The position numbers and the translations under genes were made by a program. DNA of 64,000 bases from Octopus sinensis (Eukaryota): NCBI RefSeq assembly GCF_006345805.1, contig NW_021832280.1:1-64000 (forward strand), written 5' to 3'. A model generated the notes under the pieces. That model was not told the DNA's origin. It did not search any database and saw only the letters and a program-made list of their open reading frames with translations. Shown piece after piece: positions 20,355 to 33,068 of this stretch. The first letter of the stretch is position 1. Each line of letters opens with the position of its first letter.

Positions 20355-21161
20355 GTGTGAGAGAGCAGTGCATGCCATCAAAGTGACACTGGGGTAAAAT
20401 ATACGAAGCCCAATATACCCAACATGACTATCCGTCTGATAAGGGTACACCAGGCACATGCATCACAACCATATGTGCGCAACATGGTGATCTCATATCA
20501 AGATAAACATCACATGACCTTGTAGGTGGGGCCCAGTTAGAATTTCCTTCAAGTTGAGCAGCCCATCCCGCTCAAAAGGTCCCTGAATAAGGGTTGTTTA
20601 AGGATGTTGAAAGAACCACCCATGTTTCCAGAGGTGAATTATTCAAACCCCAAAGAATCCCTCTGAACACATGTCCATGATGCTCCCCCACTACTTCTGC
20701 TCGTGATCAGAGATGCACATATCGTCAGCCACTAAGGGACATGCTCAACTGGTTATGGTCAAACAACTGACAAGCAAATCTGCAGTATTGAGCAGAATAT
20801 TTGCTGTAGCCCATCTTTTATACCAAGACTAAACAATGTACATGATAACACTTCCAATCAGTTAAGATCAGAAGCTATGAGAGCAGCTGCCTGGTACTGC
20901 ATCAGGGCATTTAGCAAATCTGTGGTATTGAGCAGAATATTTGCTGTAGCCCATCTTTTATACCAAGACAAAACAATGTACATGATAACACTTCCAATCA
21001 GTTAAGATCAGAAGCTATGAGAGCAGCTGCCTGGTACTGCATCAGGGCATTTAGCAAATCTGTGGTATTGAGCAGAATATTTGCTGTAGCCATCTTTTAT
21101 ACCAAGACAAAACAAAGCAAATCTGTGGTATTGAGCAGAATAGCAAATCTGTGGTATTGAG
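20355..21161 (-). mobile_element. Non-autonomous (TAA)n-tailed SINE-like repeat with reiterated 5' end (copy 1)
   Basis: No ORF. Homologous to 56257-56717 and 59461-59555. Begins AAATGCCCTGATG and ends CTCTCTCAC-(AAT)n. Confidence 0.7.
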
Positions 21162-21280
21162 TATTATTATTATTATTATTGTTGTTATTGTTATTATTAT
21201 TATTATTATTATTATTGTTATTATTATTATATTGTTATTGTTATTATTATTATTATTATTATTGTTATTGTTATATTATT

Positions 21281-22085
21281 GTGTGAGAGAGCAGTGCATG
21301 CCATCAAAGTGACACTGGGGTAAAATATACGAAGCCCAATATACCCAACATGACTATCCGTCTGATAAGGGTACACCAGGCACATGCATCACAACCATAT
21401 GTGCGCAACATGGTGATCTCATATCAAGATAAACATCACATGACCTTGTAGGTGGGGCCCAGTTAGAATTTCCTTCAAGTTGAGCAGCCCATCCCGCTCA
21501 AAAGGTCCCTGAATAAGGGTTGTTAAGGATGTTGAAAGAACCACCCATGTTTCCAGAGGTGAATTATTCAAACCCCAAAGAATCCCTCTGAACACATGTC
21601 CATGATGCTCCCCCACTACTTCTGCTCGTGATCAGAGATGCACATATCGTCAGCCACTAAGGGACATGCTCAACTGGTTATGGTCAAACAACTGACAAGC
21701 AAATCTGCAGTATTGAGCAGAATATTTGCTGTAGCCCATCTTTTATACCAAGACTAAACAATGTACATGATAACACTTCCAATCAGTTAAGATCAGAAGC
21801 TATGAGAGCAGCTGCCTGGTACTGCATCAGGGCATTTAGCAAATCTGTGGTATTGAGCAGAATATTGCTGTAGCCCATCTTTTATACCAAGACAAAACAA
21901 TGTACATGATAACACTTCCAATCAGTTAAGATCAGAAGCTATGAGAGCAGCTGCCTGGTACTGCATCAGGGCATTTAGCAAATCTGTGGTATTGAGCAGA
22001 ATATTTGCTGTAGCCATCTTTTATACCAAGACAAAACAAAGCAAATCTGTGGTATTGAGCAGAATAGCAAATCTGTGGTATTGAG
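21281..22085 (-). mobile_element. Near-identical tandem copy of the 20355-21161 repeat (period ~926 bp)
   Basis: The only differences I found were 1-bp T-run indels; the internal 5' reiterations are the same. Confidence 0.8.
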
Positions 22086-22216
22086 TATTATTATTATTAT
22101 TATTGTTGTTATTGTTATTATTATTATTATTATTATTGTTATTATTATTATTATTGTTATTGTTATTATTATTATTATTGTTATTGTTATTATTATTATT
22201 ATTATCATTATTATTA

Positions 22217-23650
22217 TATGAAAACCCAGTTTATTTTGCTGGGTATGATGGAAAATGTCAGCTGTCCACAGCCAGCAGACTAAGGTGACACTTGTTTACT
22301 GGTCATGCTTCAAGAACCCTACAAAGAATTCTTGCACATCCAAGCAATGTTGATTTTTGTAGGTGTTCTTCCTTCACACTTGTACCGATCTTTTTCAGCC
22401 ATGTTAGTAGATGAGTGCTGATAATTCCAAGTGCACCAATTACTATTGGTCTTACATCTACTCTCCTCACTAAGCACAGCCTTTATATTCCTTTAAATCA
22501 TCATAGTTGCCTATTTTCTCTTCTTTCCCATTGATCCGCTTGTCACCGGGGCATGCTATGTTGATACTCACACATGTTCTTTCTTTTTTATTCACCACAA
22601 CAATGTCTGGTTTCCTATGTCTGGTTAGGTGATTGCACTGGATCATTACATACAGTTTTCATTTTTGGTGACTTCTTCTGGGGTTTGCTCATATCATGTC
22701 TCTGCTCTTTGTCGGCCATGATTTCCACAGAGCTTCCAATGGATCATTCATTCTACATTATCATGATGGCATTTGTATTCATGTTGTGCCAATTTCGGGC
22801 ATTCACTAATGATGTGCCATACTGTTTCACCCCTCTCACCACACATTCTGCATTTGTCGCTATAGGTAGTGTTGTCAATTCTGCATTTCATATAATTGGT
22901 CCTTAATGCTTGTTCCTGAGCTGCACATATGAGTGCTTTTATCTCTATCTTCAGGTCATTCCACCTCATCCACAGATACTGGTCTTTTGCATTTGTCTTG
23001 GCATTCACATCTCTTGCAAACTCACCACACATTTTTTTCCTTCCATGTTTTTTTGCCTTTTTATTTGTTCATTTCTTGTTTAAATTTTTCTTTAGTTACT
23101 CAATTCTCAGTTTTGATGATGCCAGCCTTCAACACTGGCTCCACAGAATTTTTTATATATCACCCTAAGCTGTTTCTCTCTCCTTTGATATCATCCAGGC
23201 AACTGATCAAACCTCCCCAACTCTTTCTTCTGGACAAGTACAACCTATTGGCGTCACTCTTAGGGTGGAAGGTTCTGTGTACTGTCAACATTTTTCTGGT
23301 CTTGGTATCTTTTTTCTTCACTTCTCTCTCTTTTTTTTTCCATTTTATAATTCCCACTCCATACCGAAGTAATGCTATCACCAACGTATTAACTGCCAGG
23401 ACTTTATTCCATCCAGTCAATTTTGAGTGCAGCACCAACCTCAGTCTTCAGAAATACTCCATCCTCAGTTGCTCTTTCATTTCCTTTTCCATTATCTCAT
23501 TGAACTCTAGTACACAAAGATATTTGTGTTCTTCCATTTCAATTTGCTCAAACGAGTCTATATTCAGTAATTCTGTTTCTGTCAGGGAGTGTGCCTTGCA
23601 TCTTTTTAGGTAGATTACATCATACTCTTGAATCCAAATTCCATTCTAAA
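22217..23650 (-). mobile_element. R4/Dong/Hero-like LINE 3' fragment, degenerate
   Basis: ALLRYGVGII..HPKSDANRLYLSR..ICAAQEQALRTN..CRMCGERGETVWHIISEC..ALLGCARIL. (TAA)n on both sides. Confidence 0.8.
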
Positions 23651-23685
23651 TTTTTATTATTATTATTATCATTATTATTATTATT

Positions 23686-23860
23686 GTAAGGTACGATCAT
23701 CAGCAAATTGGGTGAAATGTTTAGCTGCATTTCATCAGTCTGAGTTGCATCGTTTCAGGGTCTATAAAATGAGAACCAGTTGAAAACTGGAGTCAAAAAA
23801 ATCAACTTTTGGTGCCTCTTGAAATTGATGGCCCTGTGCCAAAATTTCCAACCGATATGG
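23686..23860 (+). mobile_element. Decayed SINE remnant
   Basis: GGGTGAAATGTTTAGC..CTGAGTT..TTTCAGGGTCTATAAAAT..ACCAGTTGA..GGCCCTGTGCCAAAATTT resembles a common octopus tRNA-derived SINE (recognition only). Confidence 0.45.
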
Positions 23861-23949
23861 AATAAAGTAGTTCTTTAAATACAGAGAAGAATGTTTGATT
23901 AAAAATTAGAAACAAAACAAAGCAAATAAAGAATTTTGTTTATTTCCAG

Positions 23950-24086
23950 ACACTGCATCGTCAAATGCATCCCTTCCTGGCTCACAACAGGAACCATCCT
24001 CTATGACACCCAGAACTAATGAGACATCCAAAGAATATGATGGCATTGAAATAAACCTAATGATTGATTCAATTTCTAATGTATCT
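23950..24086 (+). CDS. Macrodomain gene exon (137 bp, phase 1 to 0): linker plus first macro strand ..KEYDGIEINLMIDSISNVS
   Basis: TTTATTTCCAG acceptor, GTGAGT donor, open frame; joins in frame to LDVIVNST. Confidence 0.85.
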
Positions 24087-24363
24087 GTGAGTAAATAGAT
24101 TCATGTAACTTATTTATATTTAATTGTTATTTCATTTCCAAATGAGGAATCATTAAAGTTAATTAAAACATTTTCTCAAACTCAAACATTCTATTTCCTT
24201 CACATCTGATATCTTGAGTATATCTTTTGCTAACTTTAACAACCTCAAACTTACTACAGCCATTCTGTAGAGCCTTTCTTAACAACAATATCAACTGCAA
24301 CAATGTATCTCTCTTCTCTCCATGGAATGTTCCTTAGTTGTTTACCATTAATTACTTTTTCAG

Positions 24364-24591
24364 CTTGATGTCATCGTTAACAGCACCAATAAAAACCTTG
24401 AGCTTAACAATGGTTCTATCTCCAAATTTATTCTCCTTGCTGCTGGTCCTGAGATACAAAACGAATGTAACCAGAGATATCCTCAAGGTATTTCTACATC
24501 TAAAATAGCCGTCACTAAAGGATATAACCTCAACTGTAAGAATGTATTTCATCTGGTATTACCTCCCTGGGATGAAAATTCCCCTGATTCA
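24364..24591 (+). CDS. Macrodomain exon (228 bp): LDVIVNSTNKNLELNNGSISKFILLAAGPEIQNEC..TKGYNLNCKNVFHLVLPPWDENSPDS
   Basis: TTTTTCAG acceptor, GTAAGT donor. Motifs match PARP14 macrodomain 2 type (DVIVNS, AGPExQ, NLxCxxVxH, PxW). Confidence 0.92.
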
Positions 24592-25197
24592 GTAAGTATC
24601 AATAATATGATATTGATTTATTGAAACAGTTAATGTTTGAAGAGAACCTTATGCATGTTGTGTGAGAATCATAAAGCAAATGTCAGCATCCTGTTTAATA
24701 TTTGTTCTTCCAAGTTATCATTGGAAGGAAGCAGAAGATATCGATGAACAGGACACTTTTATATATAAATAGAAGGGAAAAAGCCTCATGGCCTAACAGC
24801 AGTTATGTGACTGATAAATAAGACTATATTAAAACATATTTCTCTGTTTTACTGTCTGTATTGGTGAGTTTTTCTCTGTCATGGCACGAGCACTAGAGAG
24901 GTTGTCATGTCCTCACAACACTAAAGACTCCTCTTGAGTCTGCATTGTCTCTCTTCATTCACCAATCATTTTATACGGTGGATTGGGTCTGTTTTATTGT
25001 AGCAGCAACATGAGTGAGGTTGCCTTGTCCCTTGCAGGACTAAAGAGTGATAGGAATGACAGTTGTGTTTAGAAGTGGTAGGAGTGAGAGGAATTGTGAG
25101 AGGAGAATATATTTATTACAACTAAATGGTTTCTTCTGTTATAAGAAAATATTTAATAAAATGTTCATTATCAATTGCTAAACACTTATTTTTATAG

Positions 25198-25425
25198 ATT
25201 CTGGCAAACTTGACTCAAATAATAACCACTTGTCTGGAAAAGGCTGAGGGATTGGGAGCAAAAAGCCTTGCATTTCCTATATTAGGGGCTGGAACATTGA
25301 AGTACCCCATTGAAAACCTACCCAGAACAATGTATGAAGCAGTGAAAAACTACTCAGATCTAAATTCAAGCCAGATCAAAGTTGTAAACTTTGTGGTTTA
25401 TCCTCAAGACACAGAAATAGCAAAG
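25198..25425 (+). CDS. Macrodomain exon (228 bp): ILANLTQIITTCLEKAEGLGAKSLAFPILGAGTLKYP..VNFVVYPQDTEIAK
   Basis: TTTTATAG acceptor, GTTGGT donor. KSxAFPxxGxGxLxYP macro loop 2; ORF 25210-25434. Confidence 0.92.
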
Positions 25426-25464
25426 GTTGGTTGATGTATTTGTTGTTTGTTGTTTTATGTTCAA

Positions 25465-27168
25465 CATCATCATCATTTAACATCCGCTTTCCAAACTGGC
25501 ATGGGTTGGACGGTTTGATTGAGGGCTGGCAAGCCAGAAGGCTGCACCAGGCTTCATTCCAATCTGGCAAACTTACTAGAGCTGGATGCCCTTCCTAACG
25601 CCAAACACTCTGAGAGTGTAGTGGGTGCTTTTCAAATGCCACCAGCACAAGGGCCAGTCAGGTGGTACTGGCAATGATCACACTCGACTGGTTTTTTTTA
25701 CATGCCATCAGGACAGGACCAGTCAGCTGGCACTGGCATCGACCATGCTCAAATGATGCTTTTTACATGCCACTGGCAGAGGAACCAGTCAGGTGGCACT
25801 GGCAAAGATCACGCTTGAACGGTGCTTTTAATGTACCACTGGCAGAGGAGCCAATCAGGAAGTACTGTTATTGGCCGTGACAATGACTTCACTTGTCTCA
25901 ACAGGTCTTTGCAAGTGCAGTTTATTGGCCAATGATTGAAGGGTACTCTTAAACGGGCTGGTTAAGCTACACTGGCATATGTCATGGTTACAGTCTCACT
26001 TGGCTTGCTGAGTCTTCTCAAGCACAGCATATCGCCAAAGGTCTCGGTCACTTATCATTGCCTCGGTATAACCCAATGTTCGAAGGTCGTGCTTCATCAC
26101 CTCATCCCAGGTCTTCCCTCTACTGCTAGGTTCTCTCTGCTGCTAGGGTGTGACACTTTTTCACACAGCTGTACAGCTGTCCTCATCCATACACAACACA
26201 TGGCCATACAAGTGCTGTCATCTCTCTTGCACATCACATCTGATGCTTCTTAAGTCCAACTTTTCTCTCGGGGTGCTTACACTCTGTTGTGCATGCACAC
26301 TGACATTGCACATCCAGCGGAGCATACTGGTTTCATTCCTTGCAAGATTACGCATGTCCTCAGCAGTCATGGCCCATGTTTCACTGCCATGTAGCATTGC
26401 TTATTGCACACATATGTCATACAGTCTACTTTTTACTCTGAACGAGAGGCCTTTGGTCACCAGCAGAGGTAAGAGCTCTCTGAACTTTGCCCAGGCTATT
26501 CTTATTCTAGCAGCTACACTCTTAGAATATCAACCCCTGCTACTGACTTGGTCACCTAGGTAAGAGAAGCTATCAACTACTTCTAGTTTTTCTCCCTAGG
26601 AATGTGACAGAAGCTGTTCTCTGCACATTTTCTGTGTTTATTGCTCCTGAGCATCTGCCACATACAAAAACTATCTTTCCAGTTAGCCTTCCTTTGATAT
26701 TGCTGCACCTCTTATGCATCCATAGCTTACACTGGGTACATCTTACGGAGTTTCTACCTACACCTTTTCTACAGATCGAGTAGGGCTATCTACCTGAAGG
26801 AATTTGCGATTTGTCTGACTTCCTACTTACTAGGACTTTGGTTTTAACTAGGTTGACTCTAAGGCCCTCGATTCTAATCTTTGCTTCCACACCCGAAATT
26901 TCTCCTCTAGTTCTGATAGTGACTCAGCAATTAGAGCAAGGTCATCAGCATAGAGGAGCTCCCCTGGGATATCCTCTCCTGAATTCCTCTGTTATTGCCT
27001 GGGGACTGTGGTGAATAGGAGGGGGCTGAGCACTGATCCTTGGTGGATCCCTACCCCTATCCAGAATTCATCACTGTACTCATTGTCAACCCTCACCTTA
27101 CTGACAGCATCCTTTTACATGGCTTGCACAGCTTTCACTAACCATTCATCTATCCCTAGTTTCCACAG
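25465..27168 (-). mobile_element. RTE LINE, 5'-truncated, degenerate
   Basis: (CAT)n tail at 25465 and tandem-repeat 3' UTR. RT C-terminus on the minus strand (HQGSVLSPLLF, YADDL, MLRWMC). Confidence 0.85.
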
Positions 27169-29550
27169 TGTGTGAGAGAAAACTGTGATGCTATAGGAGA
27201 GAAATGTGTTTGCATGGAAGATGGTGCCCTTGTGTTTATGATTCTGCAAAGAAAGAGGCTTGGAGATGGCATTATGAAAGACTGCTGAATGTGGAGAATG
27301 AATTGGGAGGAGGAGAATCTTCCAAAGATTGACCCAATTGAGGGACCCTGTAGATAAAGCAATTAAGGATATGAAGACACTGCAGGGATGCTTAAAATAT
27401 CGGGTGGTGTGGATTAGGGTCTTGTCACCCACCATCATGTAGTTCATGAAGGAGTCATACCCAATGACTGGTGTTGCAGCACCATATTCAAACTGTCACA
27501 AGGGCGAAAGGTGATGCTTTAGATAGAAATAACTACAGAGGTATCAAATTATTGGATCAGGTGATGACAGTTACAGAGAGGGTCATAGTCCAACTAATTA
27601 GGGAGAGAGTTAGCCTAGATAAGATGCAGTTTGGTTTTGTGCCAGGCAGAAGCACCACTGATGCTATATTTCTGGTAAGACAGCTGCAGGAGAAATATCT
27701 AGCCAAAGATAAACTTCTATACTTGGCTTTCATTGACATGAAAAAAGCCTTTGACAGGTCCCCTGATCCCTTCTCTGGTGGTCAACGTGGAGACTGGGGA
27801 TTCGTAAGAGTGGTTGTTAAGAGCTGTACAAACCCTGCACAGGGATGCTGTTAGTAAGGTGGGGGTTGGCCACGAGTATAGTGAAGAATTCTGGTTAGAA
27901 GTGGTTCACCAGGGATCAGTCATCAGCCGGTCTTGTTCATTATAGTCCTCCAGGCAATAACAGAGAGATTCAAGACAGGCTGCCCTTGGGAGCTCCTCTA
28001 TGCTGATGACCTTGCTCTAATAGCTGAGTCACTGTCAGAACAGGAGACGAAATTTAAGGTGTGAAAGCAAGGTCTAGAATCAAAGGGGATTAGGGTTAAC
28101 CTAGCAAAAACGAAAGTCTTAGTAAATAGGAAAGTTGACAAATCACAAACCCCTTCAGGTAGATGATCCTGCTTGATCTGTAGTTAGTTAGTTAGTTGGT
28201 TAGTTTTTTGGCTCAAAAAGCAAAAAGCAAGGCCATGTAGGGGGACATGAAGTTATGTACAGGGTGGTGTTCATGTAAAGAGTTTGTAAAGGCCATTTGT
28301 GAACCGAGCAGTAGAAAAGGCATGGGTAGAAGCTCCTTACAATGCACCCAGTGTAAGCTATGGACACATAAAAGGTTTAGCAAAATCAAAGGAAGGTTAA
28401 CCAGGAAAATAGTTTTTGTGTGTGGCCAATGCACAGGGGCAATAAGCACTGAAGATATACAGAAAACATATTCTATCACATGACAAGGGAAAAAACTAGA
28501 AGTAGTTGTTAGCTTCTGCTACCTAGGTGGGCAAGGTAGTAGTTGGGGTGGATGCTCAGAGAGTGTTACCACTAGAAAAAGAATAGCCTGGGCAAAGTTC
28601 AGGGAGATCCTACCCCTCCTGGCAACTAAAGGCCTCTCGCTCAGGATGAAAGGTAGACTGTATGATGCAAACTGCCATGTTACACGGCAGTAAAACATGG
28701 GCCATGACTGCTGAGGATATGCGTAGGCTTGAAAGAAATGAAGCTAGTATGCTCCACTGGATGTGTAATGTCAGTGTGCATACACAACAGAGTGTAAGCA
28801 CCCTGAGAGAAAAGTTGTGCAGAAGAAGCATCAAATGTGGTGAGCAAGAGAGATGACTGCGCTGGTATGGTCATGGGTTAAGTATGGATGAGGACAGCTG
28901 TGTGAGGAAGTGCCACTCCCTACTTGTAGACGGAAGCTATGGAAGAGGTAGACCCAGGAAGACATGAGATGAGGTGGTGAAGCATGAACTTTGAACATTG
29001 GGCCTCACTGAGGCAATGGCAAGTGACCTTTGGAGATATGTTGTGCAACTGAGAAGACCTGGCAACTAAAGTGAAATCGTATCCATGGCCGATGCCAGTG
29101 TTGCATGTCTGACCCTGTTGAGAGTACACCTGATGCGTCACGCAATATGATGTCCTAGAGAAGGCCTGTTGAGTCAGGTAAAACCAAAAATCACAGCTGT
29201 GGCCAGTGCCCCATGACTGGTTTCCATTCCAGTGGCACATAAAATGCATCACCCCAATGTGACTGATACCAGTACCTTCTGACTGGCTCCTGTGCCAGTA
29301 GCACATAAAAAGCACTATCTGAACGTGATGGATGCCAGGACCGCTTGACCAGCTTCTGTGCCTGTGGCACGTAAAATGCATCCACATATCACTCTCGGAG
29401 TGGTTGGCGTTAGGAAGCGCATCCAGCTGTAGAAACATTGCCAGGTCAGATTGGAGCCTGGTGCAGCCTTCTGGCTCTCCAGCCCTCAGTCAAACCATGC
29501 CAGCAGGGAAAGTGGACGTTTAAACAATGATGATCATCATGATCATGATA
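27169..29550 (+). mobile_element. RTE LINE, 5'-truncated, degenerate
   Basis: NYRGIKLLDQV..QFGFVPGRSTTDAIF..FIDMKKAFD..YADDL..LHGSKTW; 3' UTR and ATG-type tail. Confidence 0.85.
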
Positions 29551-29799
29551 ATCATCATCATACATATACACAAGTGTGTATGTGTGTCTTTGTGGCTGTG
29601 TCAGTCCCAGAATACACCACTCAAGAACCCATGTTGGTTTGTTTAAGTCCCCATAACTTAGATGTCTGGCAAATGACATGTTAAAACAAGCATCTGTCTT
29701 AAAAGATCAATTAGTTCATGTAAAAATTCTTCAAGGTATTGCTCCAGCAAGGCTGTAGTCTAATGACTGAAACAAGTAACAATGACTGAAACATTCTCC

Positions 29800-32370
29800 C
29801 ACCTTTTTTTGAAAGTTTCACGAGACAAAACCCGCCTTTCCATTCTCACCTTCCTTTTCAAGTGGCACTTGTAAAAGTGATGAGCGATTGGCCAGAGAGG
29901 TAAGTGTTGTCTCTAATCCTTTTGCTTGAGTCCACCACACACATTCTTTCACCATGGCCACCAGTACGATGAAGATTGCCTTGCCTCCCCAGTTGAGGGA
30001 AGGTGGAAGAGCAATTGTCACGATAGACTTAGCTGACAGGTGAACTCGTCCCACATGTGACAGCAGCCGTTCAGTATAAGCCCACAGGTCCAAAACGGTT
30101 GGACACTGCACTAGTGTGTGCAGAATGCTTTCATTGCTCTGACCGCATCTTGGGCAAGTTGGCCTGGTGTATCTCGAACCGTGCCTGTAGAGCTTATCCC
30201 GAACAGGTTATGCTTCTCAATAGCACTGCCAGGTCAGCAATCTTTGGTGATTGTCCATAGGTCCCAGCCTGAAAGTTGTCCTGAATAGGTGGGTCAGATG
30301 TTCCTTGTCGATGCCCAGATTCTGCCTAAAAACGTTGTCGCACCTCTCCTTCACTAATCCTCTATAGAACACCTTTTTTGTAATGAAGTCGCACAGCAGA
30401 GTTGCTTTAGAGCAAAGCGACACTTGTGGTGCCATTCGTCTAGCCTCGGTCTCTGTTTGATCCACGACTGTAGTTCGGCCAAGGAGATGAGCTGTGGAAA
30501 AGTGTGCCGCACAAACGGCGACCACACCTGTTCACGGTCATCTATGAAGTGCCAGAGATGTCACAGTCTCAGTGCATGTCTACAAATCATCAACCACAGC
30601 ATGCTTTGCCCTTTATTTAGCAGGTGTTGACAGCAAATGGATCGCCTAACCATTAGAACGCTTCCCTTTCACAGGAAGTGGAAGAATATGCATTCCAGTT
30701 TGGTGATGGTAGGGTCGAGACAAGGTACAATGGTCAGACGGTACTCGATGATGGATGTGATGTATGCATTCGCCACCTCCACCTGATCTTTTAGGGATAG
30801 CTTCCTCTCAGCCCATTGCTGGGTGAGAGTGGTCACCCTAGTCATTCTTTCACCCCAGTTCTTCTCCATTTGGAGGTCCGGACTGAACCAGACAATGAGC
30901 AATTTAATCGGTCCAGTGTCCCATGATGGAGACGCTGTTGGACGGCATGGGCTTGCTTCTCCAGGTGCCAAGCTGCAAACCCACTGACTTTTCCCAGTAA
31001 ATTTTTGCTCCCGTTACCACTTTGTATTGTTTTAGTGTCTTGCCGACCAGATCGATGTGCTTGTGGCTCGACACTATGATGGTGATGTTGTCCGCATATG
31101 CAGACACACTTCTCCTGCATCCCAGCTCTCATGGGATGCCCCTCAGCATCACCAGCTTCCGCAGTAGTGACTCAAGAGCTACGAGAGGGGGCATCCTTGA
31201 TGAACCAAATGCATGATGTTAAATGGTTTGGATAGATGACCATTTACGCGAACTACCAGGCTGATGCCGCTGTATAAGGCAGTGATCCAATTACAGAAGG
31301 TGGGACCAAAACCAGCTGCTTTAAGGACAGCCTCCAAGTAGTGATGATCTACCCTATCGAAGGGTTTTGATTGATCCAAATTGATCAGCGCCCCACCCAT
31401 GCCAGGATCCTTAACTACCCTGTCTATGATGTAGCGCATCAGATGGAGGTTGTCATGGATACTCCGACCTGGCATGGTGCATATTGCATCTTGTCGACTA
31501 TTTTCAAATCTGCGTTGAGCAGAGTGATGGGCCTGAAGTAATCTATGTCGTCTCCCTTGTTTGAATCTTTCTTTAGCAGTTTCACTGCTCCTCACTTTAC
31601 AAAGATGGGGATACTTCCGTTTTGCTGCCAGTTGCAGTAGACTGCTGCCAAGATGCCTTTAAACAAGTCTGGCATATGACAATAAAGTTCGTAGGGCAGA
31701 CCATCCACGCCTGGTGACTTGTCTCTCGTGCAGCCTGCCATCGCATCCCATATGTCCACGGCTGTGATGGGTCTTTCACAACACTCTGCCTCTCTTGCTG
31801 AGACTCGTGGCAGGGCAAGCAGGTAGGCACTAAAGTCCACTCTGCATTCTGACCCACCAGTTGTCCCAAACAGTCAGGCAAAGTGTTGTTGAAAGGCTTC
31901 ACACATTCATTCAGGCTCGAGTAATTCGCACTCCTGTTCATTTGTAAGTGACCTAATGGTGGCTCTGTTGCCTCGTTGCGCCTCTGCCACTTAGGCCTTT
32001 CGGGTGGCTCCAACTCCTTCCTCAGAGCATGCATCCTAGCTCTGGTCAATGTGTTCTTTGTGTTTGGCATTTAGGTGTTGGTCGAGGGCCAACCTCGCTC
32101 CCAGTACATTGGACACAATGCCAGTTCTAAGTGCCTCTTCTAAATTCTTAACTAGGTCTCCCTCTATTCTATTTTGGTCTAATGCTAGGGCCTTACTGTA
32201 CCTAACCGATTCAGCTTTTTAATTGCTTTCTTTAGAGCATACTACCATCTGTTGTTGATAATGGCACCCATCGATGCCCTCTTAACTAATGTGCTAATCT
32301 AGTCCCTGTAAGCCTGGCGTGCTGTGAATGACGCAGTCAGCTTCCACTAACCGAGACCTGGCCTATTTGT
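29800..32370 (-). mobile_element. Tx1-like LINE copy D, ORF2 fragment
   Basis: GYWKL..KSPGVDGLPYELY..INLDQSKPFDRVDH..QGCPLS..YADNIT. Homologous to copy C. Confidence 0.85.
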
Positions 32371-32464
32371 CTTACCTGAGTCAAGTGTACAAGTTACAAA
32401 TTTGTAGTCTGTGCAGCTGACTATATGGAAATGTGGACAACCTACACAATTCTTATCTACTGCT

Positions 32465-33048
32465 TTCTTTATGTCCATACGCTGTAATGAAGAAATAGGG
32501 GAAATTCCTGTCCACTGTAGAACTGTTTGTGAAGTTCTTTCTTTTTGAATCTTTTCTCTTTTCCTTTGTCATCTCTCTTATGAATGACCATGACCCTAAT
32601 TGTTGGACCTCCTCCACCTCCTCCTTCTTGCTTACAATATGAAAATAATAACCTTGTACTCTGCTTTTGTGCTGCAAATATTCTTGGGGACACAAGATGC
32701 ACCAAAGAACCTCAACTTCAACATTCTTGATAGACATTTCAACAGCAAACACAAGACTCAGCAGTTTTAATCAGAATGGTGAGTGGAGAGAAGAAACAAT
32801 ACAACTTCAGCTACATGAAGACACCATGGCCACATGTTTAACTTCACTAACACCACATCAGTGGCCATGTGAGAGGTCTCTCTGCCACATCCACTATAAT
32901 ACCATGTCTCCCAGTAGACTGGAAGGCCATGGATGGAATATCTTTGATCTGAGTGATAAAAGTAATTTTCCTCATTTACTTATTACTGATTAGAAATAAA
33001 TCATTAAATATTTTAAATATTTTGTTTGTCTTTTGTTAAATTAAATCT
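32465..33048 (+). repeat. Second copy of the intronic block 14304-14886
   Basis: Colinear, near-identical sequence, again upstream of a short macro-terminal exon. Confidence 0.85.
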
Positions 33049-33068
33049 TTTCTGTTTAAAAAATTATT

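Noticed and set aside
19790-20397. Long poly-L/Y/I ORFs (also 21975-22288, 41562-41868, 52794-53342, 56069-56389)
   Set aside because: Translations of (TTA/TTG)n microsatellites, not genes.
20773-22085. Regularly spaced direct repeats resembling a CRISPR array (also the RTE 3' UTR units)
   Set aside because: No unique spacers, wrong unit sizes, eukaryotic context and no cas genes.
25465-29550. Head-to-head RTE pair as a single twin-priming or inverted-duplication event
   Set aside because: The overlapping parts are clearly diverged from each other and each arm has its own 3' tail, so these are two separate old copies.
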